Below are positions 1 to 12,529 of a stretch of DNA of 64,000 bases, one piece after another (the first letter of the stretch is position 1; each line of letters begins with the position of its first letter). The position numbers were made by a program, and so were the translations under genes. This DNA is from Rhizophagus irregularis (taxonomy: Eukaryota): positions 1,798,001 to 1,862,000 of the forward strand of contig NC_089436.1 of assembly GCF_026210795.1 (NCBI RefSeq). The letters run 5' to 3'. The notes below the pieces were generated by a model that ran no database searches, was not told where the DNA came from, and was given only the letters and a program-made list of their open reading frames with translations.

Positions 1-929
1 AGAAAAAGAATAGTATTAAAAAAATGTTAGTAAAAAATGGTTAGTAATAGAAAATGTTATTAGTATGTTTAGTAGTAAAATATATTAGTAAAAACAAACG
101 TTAGTAGGTTAGAAAAAAAGAAAATATAAATAAAAATTAGTAAAAAAATATACCTTTGTATTTATTTCACCTCTTTTTTTGAAGTTTGCTGTTTAAAGAG
201 AAAATAGATTTTGTTAATTATTTTTCTTTAATAAATAAAAAAAATAAATATTTAAATTACCTTGATGTGCGTTACTCTCATATTCTTCTGAAGATATATG
301 ATTAGATCTTCTTTTTCTTGAGTTTACTATATATAAACCAAATTAATTTTTGATTAAATTTTTTTAAAAAAAATGCTTAGATTACCTTGATATGTGTTGC
401 TTCCAAATTCTTTTGATTTAGAGTTTTTTTTCTTGAATTCGCAGATATAGGATTACCACCTTGACGCACAGTATCAAAAAATGTCCGCCCTTGATGTGGA
501 AGGTACTTAGGAACCACCTCATCTCCCGATTAATGAGACCCTAAGTCAGAGGAGGCTAGCCTATCGGGTACAAGTACCCTACAACTTCATCCCTAGGTAG
601 TCAAAAATCTCAGGTGGTTCCAGACCACAGCGTACTACGTGATTAGTCTTTGGATATGTTGGGATTTGATAAGTGAGAGAAAAAATACTCCAGCGCCAGC
701 GTTTTGTAAAGAATAATAAAATAATATTTTTAAGTTAGTTCTTTCTTTATTAAATTTTTGAAAAAGTTTTGTTTCTTAAAATCGTAAAAAAATGCTGGTT
801 GCTACAACTGACGGACAACGACAAATTGTCAGGCTACCCCCGGACAAAGTAATTGGAAGGCAGAAAATGTCATAAAATATCCAGCCCTATTTCATAACAT
901 TTTCCTCCAGGCTAAAGCAAATATTACAA

Positions 930-1091
930 AAGAAATTGCAAATATATTTAACAAGCAATAGATACATGGCCGTTGAAAAATATATTCACACTTCATATTG
1001 TAATACCACAGTCTAACAAAGAAAGACAAGAAATTGCAAATATATTTAACAAGCAATAGATACATGGCCGTTGAAAAATATATTCACACTT
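930..1091 (+). repeat. 64-bp perfect direct duplication (930-993 and 1028-1091)
   Basis: AAGAAATTGCAAATATATTTAACAAGCAATAGATACATGGCCGTTGAAAAATATATTCACACTT occurs twice. Confidence 0.9.
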
Positions 1092-1984
1092 ATACCACAA
1101 AGAAAGACTCAAACCACTATTGTAAAGAAAAATATGAAAAATACGCGTATATCCTATTTTCATACCTTGCTTAACAGTTCCACTATTTATTTAAAAGAGA
1201 ATTTTCTGTATGCGGGTAGGGGTACATTTTTTCCTTTTTTTATTCTTTTCTTTTGTATATAGTAGATGAGTATGTCTTACTATATTAAATATATAAACTA
1301 AAGTGCCAAAGTATTGTTAATATTGTAAAAGATAAGTAAAGTATACTTGGATAAAAGAGAAAAGAAGAGACGAACCGTAAAGCGTTAATAAAAGATAAGT
1401 AAGAAGAGAAAAGTGTATTTTTGAAAATAAACAAAAAAAATCGCGCATTAATTTTAGATATCACATGTAATCAAAGCGATTTTAATTGGTTATTAATATA
1501 CATGCATAAATGTCATGTGATTTTAGTGACGAAACTGTAAACCTGCGTAATATTACGGTTAAAATATTTTGAAAATTTACGAGACTGTAAACCTGCGTAA
1601 TATTATTACTATTTGATCGTTAAAGCTGCGTATGCAGTAGAACGTATACAAGGGCATGCGATACTATTGAATAATCAAAAATAATATTAACACCTTTTCT
1701 TTTAAGTTTGGGAAAGCAGATTTTTTTATTATTTACAATTTTTATGTTAAAAATTAAAGTAAATTCTAATTTTTATTATAACTTAATAAAAAATACACAT
1801 TTGATACTTGTTCGCTACTATTTTACTATAAAATAGTATCCAGGCTGTACGGCATGAACGTCAGTATCAGTTACAGCCCAAAAAAACGTAAGTCTCCAGC
1901 CGATATTTGGTACGGACTGGGCCTAGCTATTCACTTAATAAATAAAAAAATAAAAATAATTATCTTCTTCTACGATACGTAGGT

Positions 1985-2165
1985 AAGTTTCTCCTTCTCC
2001 TACGATTGTCACGCGTAACTAAAATTGATCAAATTTATCAAATTTAAAATGTGAACGTAAAATAGAATGTAATATTAATTATAAAATTTTATTATAATAT
2101 AATTACCTGGCCTCTTCCAAAATCTTGTTCTAAATTCATAATAATATTTTTGGCCAGTACTCATT
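1985..2165 (-). pseudogene. Relic exons of a paralog of the SANT/Myb gene (C-terminal part)
   Basis: The minus strand reads STGQKYYYEFRTRFWKRP followed by a GTAATT donor. This matches GAIYFE.LNTRFWEKP|GTAAG in the gene at 3818-4685, with the same intron position. Confidence 0.55.
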
Positions 2166-2954
2166 CACAGCTACTGCCAAATGTGGCAAAAAACTGGCTT
2201 TCTGTACAAGTTACAGCAACAGCTTTTGATCTGGTTTTGGTGAAGTGATGAATTTGAAAAAAAACCAATATTTTTTTGAATTCATTTATAAACATTTTTG
2301 GGAGTTTATACAAATCTTTACAAAAAATATTATATATACGTATTATTGTATTACGCTAATTTAAACCTTTACATGTAAAACATTGGAAGATATCAACACT
2401 ACTTAGATTTGTTGGTAAAATTGGAGTAGACAGTAAAATAATAGATATTATATGAGAAAAATTTCAAATAATAAAAAAAACCAAATAAGAAATATACACA
2501 AAATATTAAAGATAATTTCTTTTTTTTTAAATATAATTAAAAAAAAACTTACTAAATACTCGGCTTAATATTTAACCAAATGGTTTGTTTCTCTATAGGA
2601 GAAATAGGTTTTTTATAAGAAATTTTTATATCTTAATAATATATATATATTTATACAATAATATCATTTTGATATTTTTTTGTAAAAATATTATCAATAA
2701 TACCGGTTGAAGAATATTGTTAATATTGGTCATGAATCGTCACACTATTGACCAACGGTAACGAAGAATCGGCTGATCGGACTAGTCAATTATGGTTTGT
2801 GTGCCAAATGATAATCTTTTTTAACTTTTTTCTTTTTTACTTCTTTTTTTTTGTAGATATCGGCTTTTTGGATTGGTAATTTGAACGACCAGGCTTCTTA
2901 AACGAACGAACCAAAATAAAGTTCGTTCTTTTTCTTTCGTTTTTATTCCTTGCG

Positions 2955-3108
2955 AACGTAATTAACGTTCCCTTTTCTTTTTTTAGCGACCTGACGAACG
3001 AACAAGCCGAACACCCAGGAACTTGAACGAAACAAAGGTATGTTTCGTTCTTTTTTAGTTTTTACTTGAGGGAACGTAATTAACGTTCCCTTTTCTTTTT
3101 TTAGCGAT
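2955..3108 (+). repeat. Duplicated intron-acceptor/micro-exon unit with an intronic hairpin
   Basis: AACGTAATTAACGTTCCCTTTTCTTTTTTTAGCGA occurs at about 2955 and 3074, each copy ending in a polypyrimidine-AG acceptor. The second copy forms GGGAACGT-aatta-ACGTTCCC. Confidence 0.8.
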
Positions 3109-3350
3109 CTGGACGAACGAACAAAAAAATTGGTGTATGGCAGTCTGCCAGATGATCAGTAATTGAAAGGGACCAATAAATTAATTAGCATAACGAAAAC
3201 AATTTTTAAGAGCATTGGATATCATTTAAGGATCTTATAGAAAAGGCTTTAATTTTTAGCGGCGCTGAAAATTTTGATGATAGTCATGTATCAATTATTA
3301 AGTATTATTTGATTCTTGCATCAAATCATACTAATTTTATATAATTACAG

Positions 3351-3427
3351 AGATTTGTTGGGAAGATTTTGAAGCTCCGGAATGGTGCGTACCTATTAAA
3401 GCTAATGTATTAACATTTGAATGGGAC
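3351..3427 (+). pseudogene. Captured exon of an MT-A70 family (MTA1/AMT1-like N6-adenine methyltransferase) gene
   Basis: An exon bounded by TTACAG and GTAAGT encodes ICWEDFEAPEWCVPIKANVLTFEWD. I recognise this as the segment preceding FDVI.DPPW in MT-A70 proteins of early-diverging fungi. No DPPW exon follows. Confidence 0.65.
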
Positions 3428-3817
3428 GTAAGTACCAAAATACAAGATATTCAAAATTTTAGAATTACCACAAATATTTTTTGCTTGTAATTCTTATCAA
3501 AGTTACAGTTGCTAATAGAGCTCAAATTATTAATAATTATACATTTTAAAAATATTCCGCATTAAGTTTAGCATTATTTGAAGACTTTTTATTTGGTAAT
3601 ACCCTCCCCTTAACTTTTCCTCGCCACTTTCATAAACGATAATAAACGATTGTGAACAATAATAAGTGATATGATAGATTGAGGGTTGATCGGGTGGTGT
3701 GTGTATTAGTGATATTATAATCAATGGTGTATAACAAAAAGCTAACAAATGATAATAAAATGATAATGATAATAAATGATAATAAACAATTGTGAAAAAA
3801 TGATAGAAAATAAAAAC

Positions 3818-4685
3818 TCATTCATTATTATCATCATCGACTAAAAAAGGAAAAGAAATTAATAAATTTTGTATTTACGACTAAAAAAGAAAAAAAAATT
3901 AATAAATTTTGTACTTACCATTTCGATCTTCTGTATTTTGAGTATTCGTATTCGTATTTTGAGTATTCCGGCTCCCACGTGCTATAAAATATTAAGAAAA
4001 TCAATAAAAATTTATAATTTGATTAAACTTTTATACTTTACATACCATTCCTTCTATTGTTTCGTCTGTGTTGAGTTTTATTAACACCAATTGAAGCCTG
4101 TACAAACTGATCGTCTAGAAACATATTAAATCATATTAAATAAAACAATTTACCTCTTTAATATAATCATTTTGTTGATTATGTAATGTTGTTAGATTTA
4201 AAAGTTCTTACCTGGTTTTTCCCAAAACCGTGTATTCAGCGACTTCAAAATAAATGGCACCAGCACGGCTTCTTGCCCCTCTCGGATCGTTTGCAATCAC
4301 TAATAATTGATCCTAAAGTATTAAGTGTTAAATAAGTATTAAAATTACTATTACAACAAATTTTTATTAATATTTAACTCACGTGATAACTGGTCACTAA
4401 TCCATTGAATTTTGTTTGGCACTGTTTGCCCGAATAATTGCTTCCACACCTCTCATTTACTTTATTCGCAACGGAATTCCAGAATCTTTTTCTACTTCTT
4501 CCTGCAATTTGATAATGGTACTCGAAGTTTCTTGATCTCCGCTGCTCAATCAAAACTGCGATTTGGTCATCCGACCACTCCACCCGGCCGGAAGAATAAG
4601 TTATAGTGTCGAAAATGGAGGTAGTATTGACATTGATGGTATTGGTATCATTGACGGTGGTTGAATCGGTTGAAGATGAGGACAT
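3818..4685 (-). CDS. SANT/Myb (trihelix-like) DNA-binding protein, 5 exons, one apparent frameshift in exon 2
   Basis: WSDDQIAVLI...RKRFWNSVANKVNERCGSNYSGKQCQTKFNGL. GT-AG introns after 4383, about 4212, about 4045 and about 3919; last exon DDDNNE*. Confidence 0.7.
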
Positions 4686-5399
4686 TGTTTGAAATTTTGT
4701 TAAAAAATTGTTTAGAATATTTGGAAACATATTTGATAAAAAAAAATATGTATTGATTATAAAAAAAAATATGTATTGATTATTAATTAGTATTGATTAT
4801 CAAAAAAATGCGAGAAAGTTCTTGTAACAATTCTAATTATGCCATTCAATTATCATGATATTACATCATTTCATTTTTTAATTATTAGTACAATTTTTAA
4901 TGTAACACCATTTCAAAATGATTTTGTTGATTCATGATATTATATCATAAAATTCACAAAACAGAGAATTCGTAAAACTCCGTCTCTTGTCCATTAAAAG
5001 TGATTAAAATGTCGATCTTCCATTGTTTTCCATCGTACAAAAAAAAAAAATTAGCCATTAAAAGTGATTAAAAATTTTGTAAATTAGGTCCGGTATTATT
5101 CTTACGTAAAAATTAACATTTATTTATTACGACTTACTAATGCGAAAAAAAATTAATTAATTTTATTAATTTTACATCTTGGATTGATTTAATGTTAATT
5201 TTCAAAAGTTGAATTAATGTTGAGCGCGTTAAACGAATTCGTTGAGCAAAAATTATGCTTATGTAATACGCGATTAATAATTTTTCATTTGATGAAAGTC
5301 ACGAGACATACTATCTTCTTGCTTATATTATACACGATTATCACTAAGCTTGAAATGGAAATCAAATGTGTCATCATTTTCTTTATTTGGTGTGGCATA

Positions 5400-8300
5400 C
5401 TACAAGTTAAATCTTCTATTCAAAGGTATAATCGACAAATATTTTTGTTTTCCTACCGTAATATTTCTAAATTTTGTAGCTCGACATAATATCCTACGAA
5501 CCGCTAACAGGGAATCACAACCTTCTTGAAAGTATTCAGCTTTCCATAATTCGGTATTTGATATTTCTGGCTCCATAAAACTATGTTTAAACCGAATACT
5601 AAAAGAAGGTGCAGGTTTATACCACTTGACATATGCTAGGAGGTGAGTTTTCGTTCCTTCTGGAAATCTAGGGCATGCTCGAAATAATATTGGACTTCAC
5701 CCGGATAAGTGTCAACTGAATCATCATTAGCTGCTTTCCATTTTGCAAATATATTCGCATTTTTTTCATTGGCGACCAGAAATCATAGATCCAAATATTT
5801 CGGCGCCAATTTGTAGTCTTGCATGCTGATTCATATGCAAATCCATAAATCCTAACACATCTTCTTTTTCCTTTTCATATAATATTGCATACCATTCACA
5901 TAGAAATCCTCGCAACTCCAAAGGCATAACGACATTGATATATGATGGGTTAAGCATTTGGCCAGGTAATGGTTCAGTGCCATATATTTTGGAAACCATA
6001 GACGTATTATGTCTCATGAATAGAAAATGCTGCAGTTCCTCCCTTTCTGCTGCGATTGCTAAACTTCCTACAGCTTTTTTTGGTACAAGAAGATGGAGAG
6101 ATTCATCTAGAAGGCCAGATGTCCATTTACATGATAAGTGATAATCCACCAAAGTGTTTTTAAGAACAATTTTCATTAATTCGGGTTCTATTTGTCGGTT
6201 ACTATTAGGATATGATCCTAAATAACAGGAATTTTTTTAATAAAGGTACTAAAGACAATTGAAAGACACTGAAGTAAATTTACCTATATATCCATTAAGT
6301 CTTTCAAACGGGAAAAGCCAAAAACTATATATAGGACCATAATCACGACAGCAATCAGGGATATGAAGTGCGAGATGTATATTGCTTGTTATAAATTCTG
6401 GTCCATATGTATATTCTATAAGGTAGGCCATATCTTTTAACCTCTCTTGCGCCTCCTTCAAATCATCATCTGTAATAAATCTTGCTACTAAAAGATTACA
6501 AGCTCGAACAAAATGCCCTAAGATCTTTCTATCATTATCATCTAGCATATCCCATAATATAGATGTAGAATAAATCATAATAAAGGTCTTCCATTGATCA
6601 GCAGTTAAGCTTAAAACCCATCATTTCCGATTGCAATCTTTGGAGGAATTCTACCAATGTCGAAGGTAAATCAATATTATCCATTCTGTTTTGTGCTACA
6701 CGGAACACTTCCATAGTTAATTTTTTTTGGTTTACAAAAATGGATTTGATTATCCATTTTGCAACACCGAGAAAAAGACAATGCATAGCATCCACTACAG
6801 CAAATCGTATGCATCCATTAGATATGAGGCAAGCACTTTCTTAAAATTCATCTGAAAATGTTTAATTTCAAAACGCTGCCTCTCGATGACTTCGAGCTAC
6901 ATTGCAACCATTCCGCGAGCATATTGTCTATGTAATAAAAGATCTGCAGGCTTTGCTTACCCATTCATTATAGTTTCGCATTCCTCCGTAATGAGTTTTT
7001 CTAAATTCCTCGCTATAAGTGGTACGTTTATCACACCTATAGCATTTCATTACTGCAGATCCACGACCAAATAACTTTCGTGTAGCTGGAGTATCAGATG
7101 ATCCAACAATTAACGCAACTTTTATTTCTAAACCATTGGAAAATTGGTGAGTTTTTGGTACTTTCCACCCCTTCCAAAGTTCTAATAACTCATCTACAAT
7201 AGGAGCTAGATAATGATTAATGCGTTCCGCCTCTCTTTTGGTCCTGGTAAGAAACCCAAATATATAATATTTTCGGGCTTATTCCTTTCTGACCTTGGAA
7301 GATTGCAAATAGACGCATAAATAGCGCCAGTACTATGCTGCGTGTAGGAGAATGGTTGGAACCAATCAAGATTAAGGAGAAGACCTGGATGGGTTGTGGC
7401 AGTCTCGTTGTAAAAAAGGTACTACCATCAAATGGAAAATTTTTCCATACCTTACCATCGTAAATATCTGAATAGATATTATTTTCGTTTCTTTTCGAGC
7501 CCTCGATAATTTTAACATGTTCTCAAAATCTGGTCGTTGATATAAAATGCTCAATTGCTGACGAATGTTTGAGCTTAGGATAAACCATGCGAGGTACGAC
7601 AATTGTTGCATCTTTATTTTTTTTGAGAATGGAAAGTGGATTATTGCATTGGTGATTACGACTTGATATTGGATTATTTGGATACTCTTTATACGGGCAA
7701 TTCATTATAGCAACTTTTCCTTCTTCCTTATATGCAATAATATCTTTAACATTATGCAATTTATGGCAATCGGTACATGCAGCTAATTGCATTTTCGGTT
7801 GAAAAATGTTTAACCATATTTTTGCCATATATAATGAGGTAGGAAAATTTTCAAATTGCAACTTATCAAAGCGCATAAGAATTATATGAAAAAATTTTAT
7901 TAAGGATTCAAGTGCAATATCAGGCAATCGAAATCTTTGTTGAAATTTAAATAGCCATATTATAATCTCAGTATTAATAGAATCACTTAAGCTTTCCACT
8001 ATAAATGCTTCTTCATTGTCATTGTCAATCTTAGGAGATGCGAAAAAATCTTCTACATCATCATTCTCCTCTCCTTCATCCACATCATCATTCTCTTCCT
8101 CATCCATATTATCTACATCATCATTCTCCTCTCCTTCATTCACATCATCATTCTCTTCCTCATCCATATTATTTACATCATCATTCTCCTCTCCCTCATC
8201 CACATCATCATTCTCTTCCTCATCCATATTATTTACATCATCATTCTCTTCCCCTCATTTATATTATCTACATTATAATTCTCACCAAAATAATTGATTT

Positions 8301-8781
8301 CATCATTATTTTCATCAATTGTAGGTGCTGGAATACGAAAACATGAAGGTTTTGATGAAAATAATGTTATATTTTCTTCAATATATTGGAAAGAAGGACC
8401 AGGATGGGAAGAGTCCTGATCTGGACTAGATGTACCGGAGTAATTATTTCTTTCTCGCTTTTTTGATATATTCAATTTTATTTCTGTATTTATATATGTA
8501 TTATTAACAGATGATGTTTTTTTCTTTCTTATCATGATGGTATTTTCCTGATTTTTTCTAGAATCTTTTGATCTCGATTCCCACAAACTATCATCATACG
8601 TATGTTTCTCTTGAGTGCGAGAATCAACTTCTGCACCTTTGCAACGAGCACAATTGCAAATATACAAATACTTTTTTTTGGGCTTTATTAAATCAGCCAC
8701 AAAGGTTTCAGAGGTTTCAACTTTACGTTTTTTATTACTCTTTATTAATCCAGATACAGAGTTACATTTTTTATTATTCAT
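5400..8781 (-). pseudogene. CACTA/EnSpm transposase (Transposase_21/DUF4218-like), multiple frameshifts, one intron at about 6218-6283
   Basis: Motifs CNCARC, ACTDCHKL, LDWFQPF, VDAMHCLFLGVAKWI, TADQWKTF, NIHLALHIPDCCRDYGPIYSFWLFPFERLNGYIG|SYP, YPGEVQYYFEH and LAYVKWY are spread over several frames. Confidence 0.85.
8054..8256 (-). repeat. 60-bp tandem repeat encoding acidic (NMDEEENDDVDEGEENDDV)n in the transposase N-terminal region
   Basis: ACATCATCATTCTC(C/T)TC units with 60-bp periodicity, about 3.4 copies. Confidence 0.9.
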
Positions 8782-9096
8782 TTTTATTAAAATGTATAAA
8801 ATATATTTTTTATTCTATCACTTTTAATAGTTAGTAATCGAAGACGTTCAGAAACGAGCTTTTAATAATTCTTATCATACATAAGAATTGCACAAGAATT
8901 TTATGAGCGCGTTACTTTTACCTGGTGAGAATTGCGCAAACGCGTTGCTACCTCTGAGCCCTTGATCTGCATCCTGAAATCTCTGAAATCATTATAAATT
9001 TGCACACAAACAACTTTTCTCGCGTTCTGAAATCTCTACTTTATACGGGATTTTTTTATTTTACAAAATAACAAAAAGATTTTATACTTCGTAACA

Positions 9097-10306
9097 ATGA
9101 ATAGTGATAATGTATCATCTAGTGATGAATCATCCTCCTCCTCCTCCTCCTCCTCCTCCTCCTCTTCTTCTTCTTCCTTTTCTAAAAGTTCTTATAACAC
9201 GATAAAAGCAAGTATTTGATTATTTTATATATTATTTCTGCTTTTATCCTATTTACATTTATCTATTATTTTACAGAAAGAAGTGTTTATTTGGAGCGAC
9301 TCCGAGCTAAAAGACGTATACAGTATTAACTATGAGATTTCACATGGGCTGAAAGAAAAGATAACATTCTACCAATTGCCTTCCACCACTTTACAAACTC
9401 GTAAATAAAAAATATAAAGTCTCAAATAGTGATTTATTAAAGATGTTATATGGACGTTGGCGATCTCGCCATCGCGTTAGTAATATTAGAAAGCAAGGGG
9501 AAGCCCAAATAAAACGTAACAAAAGAAGAGCAATGAAGAATTCAAGGATGCAGGATGTAAATTATTTAATTAACAGAAGCTATTAAATTTAGTTTTTTTT
9601 TAAATTAATTATATTGTGCTTTATAATTAACATTGTTAGAAAAAAAAAAGAAGAACAAACGCGGCCAATTACCTAATACAAAACAAAGATAAGTACATTT
9701 GCCGATATCCTGAAAAGGATCTAGTTCAAATTTTAAAAGATTCAGGCTACCATTCGAAGAATGGGAGGAAACCGACGAAGATGATGAAGATGATGAAAAT
9801 GATGAAGAAGAAGTAGTCACAAAAAAAAATTCGATATATATTTATGAAAGATGGTGGAGATCTCCTGCTGTATGTATATTTTATTATTTTTTATCAAAGT
9901 ATAAACACTAATTTATAGTTTAATTTCTTTATTTAAGCTTCAACGTTTATTACATAATCGTATTGATCTAACGGTAGAGTTATTAAGGAAAAAACCACCA
10001 AACTTAAAATGTAAAAGAGTTCTAGACAAAACAGAAACAGTTAGTGTGCCACCTGCCGGCGCACCAAGCTGGTGTTTGAATAGAGAAGCACTTGAAAAAT
10101 TCAACCGTTTAACCAAAAATATCCCGGTTTATGATTATGATACTGATGAAAGCATCATTCAAGACAACAATGGTGCCGATGATGATGTTGATAATAACGT
10201 CGTAAATAACAAAAATAACAACAAAAGGAAAAAAAGAAAAATAAATCTAAATCAAAAAATAAAAAATCAAAAAAATAAATTTTACAATTATTACACTTTT
10301 GCCTAA
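9097..10306 (+). CDS. Transposon accessory ORF (multi-exon, frameshifted), divergent from the transposase
   Basis: ATG at 9097 with poly-Ser start; exons encode RWRSRHR..KRRAMKNSRMQD, SGYHSKEWEETD, ERWWRSPA and PPAGAPSWCL. The first donor appears to be GCAAGT. Confidence 0.55.
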
Positions 10307-12304
10307 ATAGGTTTATCGTCAAAAATACTAATCAGACTTTAATAAAAATCAGAATTCAAACATTTTCATTTAATTTTTTTAAAAATTGATTGATTAAATT
10401 AAAAATATCATGGTTTGATAAAGCTATAGATTACAGTTTATTTTTATTAATAAACAAGTTACGGTATTGATTACTTTATTACAGTAACAATTTAATTACG
10501 GATAAGGTATTTAATAAGATATCAAAAACTGATTAATAAAATTTTCTATATTAACATACGATAAATTAGATTAATAAGCTAAATACGATAATATTATTTT
10601 TTCAAAAAAATTAAAATGAAAATATACACAAATTTTTGTTTTTGGTATGTAAGTCAAATTAAATTACTATATGCTTAAATCATAACTCATAACCCAAAGT
10701 TGAGGATTAACCGGATACCTTGCTTTAGATTCAGCGACACTTCCCAAGTCAGATGAGGTGCCACAGGTACGCTTTAAGAAAACTCGCTATGATAATAAGG
10801 ATAAGTATATTCGAAAATACCAGATATGAATAAACATAGGATACGATGAATAATCTCAAATAGAAAAATAAAAAATAAAAAAATAAAATAAAATAAAATA
10901 AAAATATAAAAAATAAAATAAAATAAAAAAAATATTTTCAATTAGACAAAGCATCCTCGTTCCTTCCTGGAATTCTCATTTGACTAAATTATTATTGTTT
11001 GTAATTTGATCCATTTGAATCCACCATAAATTGCCAGACAGGGCGAACCCTTATTAGACAATTATAGCTTCATCACCAAATGGCTGCGATGTGTTTAATG
11101 ATATGGCAACCTGTTTAATTCATTTTTAAATGAGCAAACGTGGCCATAAAACTCATTAAAAAGGTAGGCTACAGAGTGCAATGCAACCTACCTAACCTAA
11201 CAAGTAGGCTAAGCGTTAGGGAATAAAATACATCCTAAACCCATGCAGCTTGGTATGCAAACAAAAGTTTACAAACGGAAGTTTCAGACTGTGCCTGACG
11301 ACAAAATGGGTGAGGTGCAATCAGGACTTTTTCCTCTAATCCAGCCCGGAATTATAGAGGCAACATTGTTATCGTACAAAGCACATCGACGAAAACGTCT
11401 CTCAAAGAAATTAATCAATAAAGAGTATACTTGGGCAATAGCCGATCTTCATCGTCACCCTATAAACTCCAAAAGGACAGGGATCAGGCGCAGGCATTTT
11501 GGCTTACGTATCTCTTTAAAGATTAATTAAATTGAAAGATAGGATCCAAATTCAATATGACTGAATCGATCGCCTCCGGTTATCAAACTTCCATCAGAAG
11601 TGATCGCTAGAATCAAAGATACCAATAATCACCCTTATCAGTAACGATCGAACTAAAGATGTTAGAGAAATAAAATCCGTCATTTATATGGAATTAGTTT
11701 GTATTACAATTTTATTACGATTTGGGTAAAAAAAATATCTCCTTAAAATTTATTTTTTTTCAGGTATCCTGGCTATATGGAAAGATTCCTAATATGGTAA
11801 TAGTACAATACACCTTATACGCCATTTTGCAAATTCAGTGTAATAGTTTACAAAGAAAAAAAGGGGAACGTATTTATTTTTTTGCCATGAGAAATTTAAT
11901 TACAATAAGTGGATTTCAGAAAATCGCGGTAATTTGAATAATTTGTATATGCTTTTGATAACGGGTTTGAAGTTTAGGTATTCTCTGGCCGCACTCTTGT
12001 ATTACTATGATCACTGAGAGTTGGCTTATATAATAATCTTATCATTCAATATTTCCTAAAAAAGTAAATAAACATCATCTATTTATAAGTATTCATGATT
12101 TGGAAAAACTCCGTATGAAGTTGTGAAGATAAATGATACTTGGATCAAGCACTCCATAGCAATTATCTTTTTTCGTACACTGTATTACATTTTTACAAAG
12201 TACAAAGCGTACAAAGCCAATACCAAATAGACAGAAATCAGTAGCTGTTTTCTATACTACGATAATATTAAATAAACACACAAATTTTTTTAAAGATCGT
12301 ACAA

Positions 12305-12529
12305 ATATCGGTGACCGATATATATTAGATAACGGATCGGTGACTAATAGTTTGGATATCGGACACTTGGTAATTTACATTTTTTTAACCATATTTGAAA
12401 TTTGCGCATTATGTGACAAATCGGGTACCCGATATGTTGTTAATATGTAAAAATGCCCGATATGTACCTAATTAGTCACCGATATATAGGTACCCGATAT
12501 GTGTGAGATAGATCGTTTTTTGACCTGTG
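12305..12529. repeat. Subterminal palindromic repeats and right terminal inverted repeat (TIR) of the CACTA-like element
   Basis: ATATCGGTGACCGATAT, ATCGGGTACCCGATAT, GTCACCGATATATAGGTACCCGATAT, then TTTTTTGACCTGTG. Confidence 0.8.

Larger units (their letters stand above)
1..12529. mobile_element. Large CACTA/EnSpm-like DNA transposon (right part; left end lies outside the window)
   Basis: Contains an EnSpm-type transposase. Ends ...TTTTTTGACCTGTG at 12529 (reverse complement CACAGGTCAAAAAA), preceded by clustered palindromic ATATCGGG/TACCCGATAT-type repeats at 12305-12500. CpG content drops sharply after 12529. Confidence 0.75.

Noticed and set aside
8016..8346. Plus-strand Ser-rich and His/Pro-rich ORFs
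   Set aside because: They are antisense shadows of the acidic tandem repeat in the transposase.
11243..11530. Possible Fanzor/TnpB cargo
   Set aside because: No RuvC motifs or zinc-finger cysteines were visible in the frames I examined.
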